From Candidatus Methanomethylicia archaeon (GTDB lineage Archaea > Thermoproteota > Methanomethylicia > Culexarchaeales > Culexarchaeaceae): a stretch of DNA of 64,000 bases. The notes below the pieces were generated by a model. It worked only from the letters and a program-made list of their open reading frames with translations. It was not told where the DNA came from and made no database searches. The DNA is taken from contig JAVYVS010000001.1 in the NCBI GenBank assembly GCA_038727515.1, forward strand, positions 256,001 through 320,000, written 5' to 3'. Below, one piece after another: positions 19,841-29,991 of this stretch (the stretch's first letter is position 1; the number at the start of each line of letters is the position of its first letter). The position numbers and the translations under genes were made by a program.

Positions 19841-21232
19841 TTATTTTTCTCCAGCTACATTTATTTCTGGTATTAGTATTGTTGGTGCAATTGTATTTTG
19901 AACTTGTTTAATATTGCTGGAAGCTTCAATTAAGTTTAGGAGTTCTCTTATATTTCCGGTTATTGTAGCATGTTTTATTGGTTTTGTTATTGCTCCATCC
20001 TCTATTTTGAATGCTAATGATGCTGTTACTGTAAATCTACCGGAGGCTGGGTCTGCTCCATGTGCTCCTATAACTTCCTCTATTAGTATTCCCCTTTCTA
20101 TTTGATTTATTAATTCATCTATGCTTTTTGTTCCATGTTTTATTTGTAGACTTCTTGGTTGAGGTTTTGGTGTAGCTTGATATGGTTTTGTAAGTCTAGG
20201 CCATGTTGATAATGGTGTTCTAAAACCATTGCCAGTGGAAATTGTATTTTCATTTTCAGCATAGTAGTGGTCGTAGAGTAGGGTTTTAAGTGTACCCTTC
20301 TCAATTATACTTTTTAGATTTCTAATTGTTCCTTCATGATCTATTGGGCATGCTCCTGGATTTTCTGGGTTTAATGGATCTTCAATTAAAGTGAAGTTTT
20401 CAGATCCCAATTGGATTCCAGGTTTTAGAATTCTTGGATGGAAGCTTGATGTTAAAGCTGGGTATAATGTGTAGCTTAATATGGATACTAGAGCTCTAGG
20501 CCCTATTAAAGCTTGATATCTACCTGATTCTATGGGTTCTTTTGGAATGCATTTTTCAACGTATTTCAGTGATTCATAGATTTTATTTAGAGTTATATCT
20601 ATGTCTATTGGTTTTCTATCGTAGATGAAATCTGAGTATATAGCCATTTGATTATTCTTTAAAGCCATAACTGAAAAATTATTTGAAGCATGGCTTTCTT
20701 TAACTTCAAAATTTAAACCTAAACTATTTATTAAACTCCATTTAACTATTCTAATACTACTATTAAAAGACATTATTCTACCTAAACCATTATACTTAGA
20801 TGCTTTATCAAAAACATTTTTAACATTTTTAAATAGTTCATCTTCAGATATCCCCTCTAGATCTTCATGGTAAATATCTAATTTATGAGGAGATTGACTA
20901 TGGGTGGGTAGAGATTTCAATTTTCTACCAGCTCTTCTAGCGTTAACGATTGCATTTAAAATGGATTTCTCAATGTAATCTCTAGATGGATTGGATACAT
21001 AACTAAATCCTTCTACGCCATTAACTATAACTCTAATTCCAACACCCATTGAAGATGTAGAGGATATCCTCATTCTACCTTCAATTGAAATTGATGTGGA
21101 AATTATCTTATCTTGATAAATGAATAATTCACATTGATTTGCACCATTAACTTCAGCGAATTTTAAGAGATTTTCTAAATTCATTTTCTCAACCTCCAAT
21201 AATAACTTTATCAATTTTAATGGTTGGAACAT
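19841..21232 (-). CDS. pmbA: PmbA/TldE family protein
   Basis: GVGIRVI..G..GFS, DHEGT, STGNG, G.F...A..IE.G.I..P; no HExxH. Confidence 0.88.
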   Translation of the reverse strand: MFQPLKLIKLLLEVEKMNLENLLKFAEVNGANQCELFIYQDKIISTSISIEGRMRISSTSSMGVGIRVIVNGVEGFSYVSNPSRDYIEKSILNAIVNARRAGRKLKSLPTHSQSPHKLDIYHEDLEGISEDELFKNVKNVFDKASKYNGLGRIMSFNSSIRIVKWSLINSLGLNFEVKESHASNNFSVMALKNNQMAIYSDFIYDRKPIDIDITLNKIYESLKYVEKCIPKEPIESGRYQALIGPRALVSILSYTLYPALTSSFHPRILKPGIQLGSENFTLIEDPLNPENPGACPIDHEGTIRNLKSIIEKGTLKTLLYDHYYAENENTISTGNGFRTPLSTWPRLTKPYQATPKPQPRSLQIKHGTKSIDELINQIERGILIEEVIGAHGADPASGRFTVTASLAFKIEDGAITKPIKHATITGNIRELLNLIEASSNIKQVQNTIAPTILIPEINVAGEK

Positions 21233-22556
21233 ATGCGGTTACAGACATCCTTTGATCTCCCTTGCCGCATAGAGTTATGTAGTATTGAGCTTTATCACAT
21301 ATGGCTTCAATACCCTTTAAAGCTTCAAGTATATTCATAGAAACACCAATACTTCTTAGAGGTGTAGTTAATTCTCCATTTTTAATTATGAATGCTTCAC
21401 TAGCTTGGAATTGGAAGGGTCCTTTACCAGTGGTTTGACCACCTCTAGCGCCAGCAATGTATATTCCTTCTCTAGTTTCACGTATAAGTTCTTCTTCACT
21501 CCAATCTCCAGATTTAACTATGAGGTTACCCATTCTAACTATGGGTTCATACATAAAGCTTTCAGCTCTAGCATGACCTGTGGGGGCTTCATTAAGTCTA
21601 TATGCTGTTTCTCTTGAATGAATATAACCCTTTAAAACTCCATTTTCAATTAAAATAATTCTTCTTGGTTTTACTCCTTCATCATCAAAGAATATTGAAC
21701 CCCAAGCATTGGGTATTGTGGGATCTTCATAAACAGTTAAATTTTCAACGGCAATCTTCTGATTCTTTAAACCTTCAAAAGCAGAAGTTCTCCTAATAAC
21801 TGAATCAGCTTCAAAGGAATGTCCCATTTCATGGAAGAAATCTCCTGCAGCTCTACTTTCAAGGATGGCTTTAATTGGACCTGTTGGTGGTTTTTGAGCT
21901 TTAGATTGATTTAAAACTCTTTTAGCCATTCTACTTGAAACATCAATTATAGATTCTTCAAGTTTCTCAAGACCGGAGATAGCACCATACCTCTCAGAAT
22001 CATAGAATAAGCCATTTTGAGTTTCACCATAAACTCCAAAGCTAAAGTAGAATCTAACACCACTTTGAATTGCATCACCACCATCACTACTTAAAAATTG
22101 TGTTTTAAAGAATAAATCAAAATAATTTATTTCAATACTCTTAAGATTTTCCTTAGCTATTTCACGAGCATTTTCCACACCTTTAACTAGAATAGATAAT
22201 TTATCTTTTAAATCAATATTTCTAGGATCAATCTTAAAATCAAATTGGAATGAACCTTTAGCAATATCTGCTTCAGCTAATTTAACTATTCCCCTTCCAC
22301 CTTGAACTCTAGATAGTTTAACGGCTCTCCTAATAGTTTCCTCAATTTCATCTTTAGTGGGATTACATGTATATGCAAAACCCCAACATCCATCAATTAA
22401 AACTCTAATGGAGACTCCTTCATCAACACCATGAACGAAATCTATGAGATTTTCATCCCTCAAAATTATGGCATCCCTCTCTAGATATTGATATCTAACT
22501 TCAACATGATCTACATTGAATTTCTCAGCATACTTTATAATGTTAATATCGAGCAT
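21189..22556 (-). CDS. tldD: TldD family metalloprotease
   Basis: FHEMGHSFEAD, FDDEGV, TGHARA, VRMGN and CGK motifs. Confidence 0.93.
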   Translation of the reverse strand: MLDINIIKYAEKFNVDHVEVRYQYLERDAIILRDENLIDFVHGVDEGVSIRVLIDGCWGFAYTCNPTKDEIEETIRRAVKLSRVQGGRGIVKLAEADIAKGSFQFDFKIDPRNIDLKDKLSILVKGVENAREIAKENLKSIEINYFDLFFKTQFLSSDGGDAIQSGVRFYFSFGVYGETQNGLFYDSERYGAISGLEKLEESIIDVSSRMAKRVLNQSKAQKPPTGPIKAILESRAAGDFFHEMGHSFEADSVIRRTSAFEGLKNQKIAVENLTVYEDPTIPNAWGSIFFDDEGVKPRRIILIENGVLKGYIHSRETAYRLNEAPTGHARAESFMYEPIVRMGNLIVKSGDWSEEELIRETREGIYIAGARGGQTTGKGPFQFQASEAFIIKNGELTTPLRSIGVSMNILEALKGIEAICDKAQYYITLCGKGDQRMSVTAYVPTIKIDKVIIGG

Positions 22557-22598
22557 GGAAATCTGTAAATATATTACATTAATATATTTATTTATAGT

Positions 22599-23516
22599 TT
22601 AACTATTTGTTTGATGAATATTCATTTTCCATTTTAATTGATCTATATATGTGCTGTGGGGTTTGAATTTCACTTTTAATTTATTTGGATCTTCACCTAT
22701 ATATGGTATCTTTTGTGGGTTTATTTCCCCATAGCCCCAATTGTTTAAGAAGTAGAGGTATCCAACATCCTTTGGATTGAATCCCATCATATATGTTGTT
22801 AGTGCATCGAGGTTTACTGGGTTTGTGGATGCTAAGAATACTCCCCAATTTATTGGTTCACCGTCTACGGGACCGTTTCCCTGCATTCCCTCTAAACCAT
22901 CTATTATAGCTAGATTTGGCATAACTCTTTCAGCTATTCTTGCTATGTTTAGATTTATGTAGTAGTATCCTTGATGCATTAAAGGTTTTTCTCTTCTTGG
23001 TATTACCCCCATAGCCATGTTTTTTATGGTTAAAGTTACTATTACTGTATCATGTGTTTTTGGTCTACATATTGATATTTTAAAGTATTTATTGCTTAAA
23101 GCGGTTTTTGCAATATTTATTTTGAATTTCTCTCCATAGCTATTGTATACTTCAATTTGCTCCATTTCATCTTCATCGAAGTATAGGAAATCCAATGGAT
23201 ACTTCCTTTTTAAATCTTTATATTGATAGTTTTCTAAAGCTTCATGTAATGTTCCATCTGATGGTGATTCAGCTATTAGAATTTCATTTATGTTGAAGTT
23301 GTTTGTTAGATAGTTTAATAGTGTATCTACACTTTCCAATGGTGTTGCTGATAGTTTAACTCTTACTGATACAAAGTTTGGTTTTACGAGTATTCGACCA
23401 TTCTTTAAGTTTATTGATTGCGATATTTCATTATGGATTAATTTTAGGACGTTGGTTATACCTTCAATCCTCGTTGAAGCTTTAACTATACTAACAATAC
23501 CCTTCAATTTCTCCAC
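22599..23516 (-). CDS. DUF362 domain protein
   Basis: LVKPNFV, PKTHD..VTLTIKN, IIDG..GMQGNGP..G, N.DA. Confidence 0.88.
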   Translation of the reverse strand: MEKLKGIVSIVKASTRIEGITNVLKLIHNEISQSINLKNGRILVKPNFVSVRVKLSATPLESVDTLLNYLTNNFNINEILIAESPSDGTLHEALENYQYKDLKRKYPLDFLYFDEDEMEQIEVYNSYGEKFKINIAKTALSNKYFKISICRPKTHDTVIVTLTIKNMAMGVIPRREKPLMHQGYYYINLNIARIAERVMPNLAIIDGLEGMQGNGPVDGEPINWGVFLASTNPVNLDALTTYMMGFNPKDVGYLYFLNNWGYGEINPQKIPYIGEDPNKLKVKFKPHSTYIDQLKWKMNIHQTNS

Positions 23517-23587
23517 ATGTAAATTATATCCAAGTATTATTTAAGGTTAAAATGTTATAACAATTCTTTTAAATTTTCTAATCTTAA

Positions 23588-24913
23588 TTGTCTATGATGT
23601 TTATGGATTTATACCTTGATTTACGTAATAAATTTGTTATGGGTGGTGTCTCCCTCCTTCATCCTATAACCATTGAGCGTGGGGTAAATGCATTACTATA
23701 TGATGTTGAAGGTAAAGTTTATATTGATTTTACTAGTGGTATTGGTGTTACCAGTCTTGGTCATGCTAATCCAGAACTTATTGAAGCTGCTATGGAGCAG
23801 TTGAAGAAGCTTTGGCATATATGTGTAATGATTGCTAATTATAAGCCTTATGTGGAGTTGGCTGAGAAACTTGTGAAAATGGCTCCTGGGAAATCTGAGA
23901 AACAAATTCTCTTTATGAATAGTGGTTCTGAAGCTACCGATAATGCTGTTAAAATTGCTAGGCAGGTTACTGGTAGACCATATATTGTTAGTTTTGAAAA
24001 TTCTTTTCATGGTAGAGGTTCTATGCTTGCTTTAGCTTTAACTGGTAAGTATAAGCCTTATAAAGTTAATCTTGAACCTTTCCCTCCAGGTGTAGAGTTT
24101 GTTCCATACCCATATTGTTATAGGTGTATTTTTGGTGGCGTGTATCCAGATTGTGGATTAGCTTGTCTTGATTATATTAGAAAGTATTTTATTTATTCTA
24201 GGGTTCCACCTGAGAGGGTTGCAGCATTTATAATTGAAGTGGTTCAAGGTGAAGGTGGATTTGTAGTTGCACCCATGGAGTTCATTAGAGAACTTAAATC
24301 CTTCCTTGAAAATAATGGTATAATTTTAATTGATGATGAAGTTCAAGCTGGTTTTGGTAGAACTGGTAGGATGTGGGCTATTGAGCATTCTGGTGTTGAA
24401 CCTGATATCATGTATACTGCTAAAGCTATTGCTAATGGTTTACCTCTCTCCGCTATTATTGGTAGGAGGGAGGTTATGGAGAAGGTTAATCCTGGAACTT
24501 ATGGTGGAACTTATGGTGGTAATCCAGTGGCTTGTGCAGTGGCTTTAAAGGTTTTAGAGATTTTTGAGAGAGATAAAATTGTGGAGAGAGCTGTTAAACT
24601 TGGTGAAATTGTTAGGAAGAGATTTGAGGAGTTTAGGGATAAATTTAAGATTGTTGGTGATGTTAGAGGATTAGGTTTAATGCAAGCTATAGAATTCGTT
24701 AAAGATGGGAGATCAAAAGAACCTGCAATTTCTGAAGTAGCAAAAATTCTTGAAATAGCTAGGTTAAAGGGGCTTCTCCTACTTAGAGCTGGATTATATT
24801 TAAATGTGATTAGAGTTCATCCACCTTTAACTATTGAAGAAGAATATTTGATTAGGGGATTAGATATTTTGGAGGAAGCTATTAGGGAAGTTGAAGTTCA
24901 TGGTGATAGATAA
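23588..24913 (+). CDS. Class III PLP aminotransferase (4-aminobutyrate/beta-alanine aminotransferase-like)
   Basis: DFTSGIGV, NSGSEA, SFHGR, EVVQGEGG, DEVQAGFGRTG, AKAIANGLP and GGTYGGNP motifs. Confidence 0.92.
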   Translation: MSMMFMDLYLDLRNKFVMGGVSLLHPITIERGVNALLYDVEGKVYIDFTSGIGVTSLGHANPELIEAAMEQLKKLWHICVMIANYKPYVELAEKLVKMAPGKSEKQILFMNSGSEATDNAVKIARQVTGRPYIVSFENSFHGRGSMLALALTGKYKPYKVNLEPFPPGVEFVPYPYCYRCIFGGVYPDCGLACLDYIRKYFIYSRVPPERVAAFIIEVVQGEGGFVVAPMEFIRELKSFLENNGIILIDDEVQAGFGRTGRMWAIEHSGVEPDIMYTAKAIANGLPLSAIIGRREVMEKVNPGTYGGTYGGNPVACAVALKVLEIFERDKIVERAVKLGEIVRKRFEEFRDKFKIVGDVRGLGLMQAIEFVKDGRSKEPAISEVAKILEIARLKGLLLLRAGLYLNVIRVHPPLTIEEEYLIRGLDILEEAIREVEVHGDR

Positions 24914-26394
24914 TGGTGATTTTAACTCCACCTAGAGATTTCTATGGGAGATTGAAATTATTTATTAATGGTGGATGGGTGGAGTCTAAAAGTAGTGATG
25001 GAATTTCAATTTATGATCCTGGGCTTGGTAAGATTATTGGTGAATACCCATATGCTTTGAAATCTGAGGTTGATGAAGCTATTGAATCTGCTTATGAAGC
25101 ATTTAAAATTTGGAGTTGTAAACCAATTCCAGAGAGACTTCAATACCTATATAAAATTAAATTTGTTCTCGAGGAGAATAGGGAGATTCTTGCTAGAGTT
25201 AATACTCAAAATCATGGTAAAACTGTTAGAGAGTCTAGGGGTGATATTCGTAGAACTATTGAGAATGTGGAAGCCGCTATAAGTATGCTTTTAACTCTTG
25301 CTAAAGGTGAAATTCAATATAATATTGCTGAGGGAATTGATGAAGAATTAACCTTTGAACCTTTAGGGGTATTTAACGTTATAACTCCATATAATTTTCC
25401 AATTATGATACCCTTCTGGTTTATACCGTATGCTATAGCTCTTGGAAATACATTGATAGTTAAAGTTAGCCCGGTTACACCAATACCATTAACTTTCACC
25501 ATGGAATTAATATCTCAAATACTTCCACCTGGTGTTTTAAATTTAATTCATTTAAGTAATGATATGGTTGATTACTTAGTTACACATCCATTAGTTGAGG
25601 GAACTGCATTTGTTGGTACATCTACTGTAGCTTTAAAATTATATGAGTTATCTGCAAAGTATGGTAAGAGGTTTCTTGGTGGTGGAAGTGCATCTAATTA
25701 TGCTATAGTTATGTCTGATGCAAATCTTGAGAAAACTATAATGAGTTTAAGGGATGCTAAGTATGGTAATACTGGGCAGCGTTGTTTAGCTATACAAAAT
25801 ATTGTAACTGTTGGAAGTGATGAATTCCATGAGAAATTTAAAAATGCCTTTATTAATGCTGCTAGGGGAATTAAAGTTGGTTATGGACTTGATGAAAGTG
25901 TGGATATGGGGCCTATGGCTAGTTTAAGGTATAAGGAGAATGTATTAAAGTGGATTGAAGTGGGGTTAGAGGAAGGGGCGAAAATAGCTTTAGATGGTAG
26001 AAATTTAAAAGTTGAAGATTATCCATATGGATTCTATCTAGGTCCAACAGTTATGGTGGATGTTACTCCTGATATGAAGATTGCAAAAGAAGAGATTTTT
26101 GGGCCTGTAGCTAATCTTCTTAAAGCTGAAAGTCTTGATCAAGCAATAGAGTGGATTAATGGGAATAAATATCATCATTCAGCAGCCATATTTACTAGTA
26201 GTGGAAGATGGGCTAGAGAATTTAAAACTCGTGTTAAAGTTGGGAATGTGGGTATAAATATTGGTATTGCAGCTCCAATGGGCTGGTTCCCCTTTGGTGG
26301 TAGAAGTTTATCTGGTCTTGGAGATTTTCATCCACAAATAGATACATGGCAATTCTTCACTGATAAAAAGATAACCATAGTTAGATGGTGGTAG
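24913..26394 (+). CDS. CoA-acylating (methyl)malonate-semialdehyde dehydrogenase-like ALDH
   Basis: ITPYNFP.MIP.W, FVGTS, GNTGQRCLA, EEIFGPV, GNVGINIGI.APMGWFPFGG and C-terminal RW. Confidence 0.85.
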   Translation: MVILTPPRDFYGRLKLFINGGWVESKSSDGISIYDPGLGKIIGEYPYALKSEVDEAIESAYEAFKIWSCKPIPERLQYLYKIKFVLEENREILARVNTQNHGKTVRESRGDIRRTIENVEAAISMLLTLAKGEIQYNIAEGIDEELTFEPLGVFNVITPYNFPIMIPFWFIPYAIALGNTLIVKVSPVTPIPLTFTMELISQILPPGVLNLIHLSNDMVDYLVTHPLVEGTAFVGTSTVALKLYELSAKYGKRFLGGGSASNYAIVMSDANLEKTIMSLRDAKYGNTGQRCLAIQNIVTVGSDEFHEKFKNAFINAARGIKVGYGLDESVDMGPMASLRYKENVLKWIEVGLEEGAKIALDGRNLKVEDYPYGFYLGPTVMVDVTPDMKIAKEEIFGPVANLLKAESLDQAIEWINGNKYHHSAAIFTSSGRWAREFKTRVKVGNVGINIGIAAPMGWFPFGGRSLSGLGDFHPQIDTWQFFTDKKITIVRWW

Positions 26395-26399
26395 ATGGC

Positions 26400-26513
26400 G
26401 CTTCTCATCAAGCAGTGGAAAAGCTATCCCTTGTTAGTTGGATGATTGAAAATCTCTCAGAAAAATGCTGAGAGAACTGTAAAATTGCAGGTGATATTAT
26501 TGAATTCATCAAA
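26400..26513 (+). pseudogene. HEPN gene remnant
   Basis: Fragments ASHQAVEKL (26400-26426) and SQKNAER..IAGDIIEFIK (26455-26513) resemble the first and last HEPN helices; the middle is missing. Confidence 0.45.
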
Positions 26514-26619
26514 ATTTTTGCTAAATTAAGAAAATCTTAGAGTTAAAATTAGAAGATCATTCATCGTTAAATTTGAGAATTCCACTATTAATTTACATAA
26601 GTGTTTCCATCTAGCTTCT

Positions 26620-26750
26620 TTTATTAGTTTGGTTACTACTGGAATTACTAGAATTAGGTATATTATGTGTTCACTTAAACCAATGAATTTAGCACTTTGA
26701 AGAACATATGTACCAAAGGTCCATCCGAAATTTTAACTCATAGACTAGAA
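26620..26750 (-). pseudogene. Degenerate 3' copy of the small membrane-protein gene 29184..29510
   Basis: 26620-26726 aligns ungapped with 29197-29303 (about 9 mismatches in 107 bp); in-frame stop SMS*NFGWTFGTY. Confidence 0.85.
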
Positions 26751-27082
26751 TGTTGCTACTTATGGGGACTTCTTTTAAGTTCCATAAGCCTTTGATGACA
26801 ATCGCGATTATGATGATTCCCACCCCGAGAAAAGAAAGTGTATCTTCAAGATCCTCATCATCCATTAAGATACCCACTTCGCCATCTCCATCACATTTAG
26901 GGCATGAAGTAAGGAAGATGGTGGCTGGATCTCGTCCTATGCCGCCACATCGTGGACAAGTTCGATGCACCAAGAAAACCGAAGGCTAGTTGAACTGAAG
27001 ATATTGATAGTGCTAGAAAAACTAGGATCATTAACACCAGCTTTTTCCTAAGCACATACTTCCTCATCAACTTTTTCACCAT
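26689..27082 (-). pseudogene. Frameshifted exported protein with DnaJ-type CxxCxGxG zinc finger and TM anchor
   Basis: Signal peptide in ORF 26897..27082 joins CPRCGGIG...CPKCDGDG plus TM in ORF 26689..26973 if one base is removed from the 4-nt run at 26975-26978. Confidence 0.65.
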
Positions 27083-27362
27083 TTTTTAAATTCCAACATT
27101 AATCCTAAGATCCATAATATATAAAATTTCCCAATACAACCCAAGAAGGTTAAAAAGAGAATGACTTTCTTCTCTGGTTATATGCTCAGTCACCATAAGC
27201 CAAGCACACTTTTTAAGCAAGGAAAAAAGTTATATTGTTTTACTACAACTTTGCATGAGCTCATCATCACATGATTTGGCAATGCTAAAAAGAATTATTG
27301 GATATATTTTTAATTATGTAATGTAGTGGTTTATGTTTGTGGTTTCGACCGCAGGGATCTCG

Positions 27363-28136
27363 TTACATAATAACTCCTTTTTTATAGAGAATAAATGTTG
27401 CTATTAGAACAGCAGCTAACACAAGTAGAACAATACCAAGGAATGGGATTGTCAAACTACTTATTTGTTGCATGGTTATGTATACTTGGGACTCTTTGTC
27501 TTGCTGAACTGTTGCTATAACTGATGTTGTTTGAAAGCCGCTTTTTAAGAGGGTTATTGTGTATTGTCCTGGCGCTAAATCTGTAAATGTTATTTGTCCG
27601 TTGAAGTCTGTGTAACCAGTTCGTGATTCTCGTCCGGAGGCGCTAACATAGACTCCACTAATTGCATTTCCACTAGCATCCTTTACAATGATCCTTAAGG
27701 TTCCGGCAATTCTTTCTTGCCATATTAGTTTTTCAGTCCAAGAGTATAAACGGGCTGCGCTTCCTGCAAAACCCGTAACAACTATGTAGAAGTTGTCTGA
27801 ATATTTAACTTCGAATCGTACGTATCCTTCTTGAGCTGTTTTCGAGATGCGGTAGCTTGTTGGACTTCCAATTTTAATCCAACTTTTCCAGTCGATTTCA
27901 TTTAGTATGTAAACTGAGACAAATCTATCGGCAGCCCATTCAACATGAATAGTTTTGCCCGCTTGTACAAAGTAGGGACCAGAATAACGGTAACTTAGAA
28001 ATCCAATATCGAGGTATTTACCAGTATAAAGTATTTGTTCCCTTTCAACGATTTCAGCTGAATAAACACTAAAAAAGTTAATCAATGATGTAACTATAAA
28101 AACTAAAAATAGGATGATTAAAAATCTTTTTGACAT
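27363..28136 (-). CDS. Exported, membrane-anchored protein with carboxypeptidase-regulatory-like (CnaB/PEGA-like) domain
   Basis: Signal peptide; VKDASGNAISGVYV...TDFNG...LAPGQYTIT..K.GF; C-terminal TM plus KK. Confidence 0.8.
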   Translation of the reverse strand: MSKRFLIILFLVFIVTSLINFFSVYSAEIVEREQILYTGKYLDIGFLSYRYSGPYFVQAGKTIHVEWAADRFVSVYILNEIDWKSWIKIGSPTSYRISKTAQEGYVRFEVKYSDNFYIVVTGFAGSAARLYSWTEKLIWQERIAGTLRIIVKDASGNAISGVYVSASGRESRTGYTDFNGQITFTDLAPGQYTITLLKSGFQTTSVIATVQQDKESQVYITMQQISSLTIPFLGIVLLVLAAVLIATFILYKKGVIM

Positions 28137-28715
28137 TTAATCACACCGGTTCTTAATCATTATTACAATGTAAGTTTAAACATATATAGTTTTTATGCTA
28201 TTAAAAGACAAATTTTACCTTTACTCCGCTTTTGCTTTTTTCTTCCTTACCAATATAATAATCTTAACAATTATAGAAAACAGTAAACTAAAAAAGAAAG
28301 TATCAAACAATATAACAATCAGATTCTCTTAGAAATTAGAAGATTGCTGGAGAACCTTTTTAATAGGTCCCTCTACCACCATCTAACCTCCCTTTGTTTT
28401 ACGACTTTAGACATAATTCTAGCGTTGGGTCTTGTGAGCATCTACAGTCTTCTCTTCTTCTCCCCTGTAAAACACAGGGATATAAGCTAGGTGGATTTCC
28501 TTTAACCTTTTTTGGAAGCATCATAAAATTGATGTCTGTCTATTTCTATAGTGGCTATCTTATCTAGTTCCACTATTGGAGTATCTGAGTGAGGTTAGTA
28601 AATATGTTGCCACGTTATTAATGATAAACATAACAGCATTTCATAGAATTTACTCTCATATAATCTCAGTTGTCATTAACATTGGAAAAGTTTCTAAATA
28701 ATATTAAGAACAAGT

Positions 28716-29048
28716 TTACTCAAACTTTTTAACAAATCTTACAATTAAGACAATTAAAGGCACCAAATAAATCAGCAATTCAAATATGTCAACCAATCCA
28801 GAAGTATACATAGCCCATAAGCCCACAAGCCAACCAATACAGTAACCAGTCGCCCAAAACCGCATCGCAAAGACCATTAATATCGTGGAGATTATACCCA
28901 AAATATTAAACAGCAATACAAAAGGAGTAGAAAGTAATCCAGCATTAGCGAAAGAGGATAAAATTATTGATGTTGCAAGACCAGTAATTATCTCTGAAAT
29001 CGCTCTCTTAAGGCCGTGTTCAGATTTAGGCATATCAAATCTTTTCAT
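28716..29048 (-). CDS. Small multi-TM membrane protein (family member A)
   Basis: 110-aa hydrophobic ORF; paralogous to 29184..29510 (KRA..E...GL..S.IL; GW..G..A; YL). Confidence 0.75.
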   Translation of the reverse strand: MKRFDMPKSEHGLKRAISEIITGLATSIILSSFANAGLLSTPFVLLFNILGIISTILMVFAMRFWATGYCIGWLVGLWAMYTSGLVDIFELLIYLVPLIVLIVRFVKKFE

Positions 29049-29185
29049 CCACGCATCTTAATTTAAAGCTTTCTCATTTAGACCCTTAAAGCTACATATA
29101 TACATGTGGAGGGAAATTCTACAAATTAATAAAATAAAGGAGGAGCCTTAGTATGGACAAAACCATGTTTTTTGGTTTAATTTTT
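28734..29185. repeat. Diverged segmental duplication, partner at about 44914-45272
   Basis: 28734-28870 near-identical to 44914-45033 apart from two deletions; shared upstream TAGACCCTTAAAGCTACA and TAGTAT.GACAAAA.CCATGTTTTTGGTTTAATTTT. Confidence 0.9.
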
Positions 29186-29510
29186 ATGTTGCCCCCTTTA
29201 TTAGTTTGGTTATTACTGGAATTACTAGGATTAGGTATATTATGTGTTCAGTTAAGTCTATGAATTTAGCGCTTTGAAGAGCATATGTTCCAAAGGTCCA
29301 TCCTAGGGTGTAGCTCATGGATAGGAAGGGTGTTATGAAGGATAGGAAGATTACTGTTAGAGCATTTATTATGTGGATTATCATTATTGTTGTATATGGT
29401 TGTTGATGGTGTATGTATAGGAAGAATATTGCTTGTAGAATTGTGGATAGGATAAGTCCCATCATGGTTTCTATAAATGCTCGTTTAAAAGTGTATTCAC
29501 GTGTTATCAT
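29184..29510 (-). CDS. Small multi-TM membrane protein (family member B)
   Basis: 108-aa hydrophobic ORF; paralog of 28716..29048. Confidence 0.75.
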   Translation of the reverse strand: MITREYTFKRAFIETMMGLILSTILQAIFFLYIHHQQPYTTIMIIHIINALTVIFLSFITPFLSMSYTLGWTFGTYALQSAKFIDLTEHIIYLILVIPVITKLIKGAT

Positions 29511-29666
29511 CTAAATAAATATTTATTTATGTAGCTTAACTATTTTCCCCCTTTTCCAATTATTCTTATGTATGTTGAAGTTAATTGTGATGGATAAGAT
29601 TTGGGATGTTCATGTGGATTTAATTATTGTTGTTGGGTTAATGTAGGGTGATATTTAGTTATATGT

Positions 29667-29942
29667 TTATCCTCCACCACTCGGTGGGAATATTACTATT
29701 TCATCTCCATCTTTAAGTGTTGTTTGTAGTCCTCCAGTGAATTCTATGTGTCTTCCATTTACCAGTATTATGTATCCCCTAGCCATTTCTCCCTTTTCAT
29801 CAATTAAATATTGTTTTAAATCTTCTGTGTAATCGAGTAATTGTTTGAATGTTGTGTGATCTTCATTGAAATTTACTTCTTTCTTTGACCATCTAAGCTT
29901 CTCCCTTAAGGTTAAGAATACTTCTATTGTTACCTTCCCCAA
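29667..29942 (-). CDS. MoaD/ThiS ubiquitin-like sulfur carrier (SAMP)
   Basis: ILVNGR...LKDGDEIVIFPPSGGG C-terminal diglycine. Confidence 0.93.
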   Translation of the reverse strand: MGKVTIEVFLTLREKLRWSKKEVNFNEDHTTFKQLLDYTEDLKQYLIDEKGEMARGYIILVNGRHIEFTGGLQTTLKDGDEIVIFPPSGGG

Positions 29943-29991
29943 TTTAATCCTAGATTTAATTTACCTTAAATTTAATATAAGTTTATTTCCT

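Noticed and set aside
26600-29510. Integron-like cassette array
   Set aside because: Repeats are duplicated gene and upstream sequence, not attC-like palindromes, and there is no tyrosine integrase in the window
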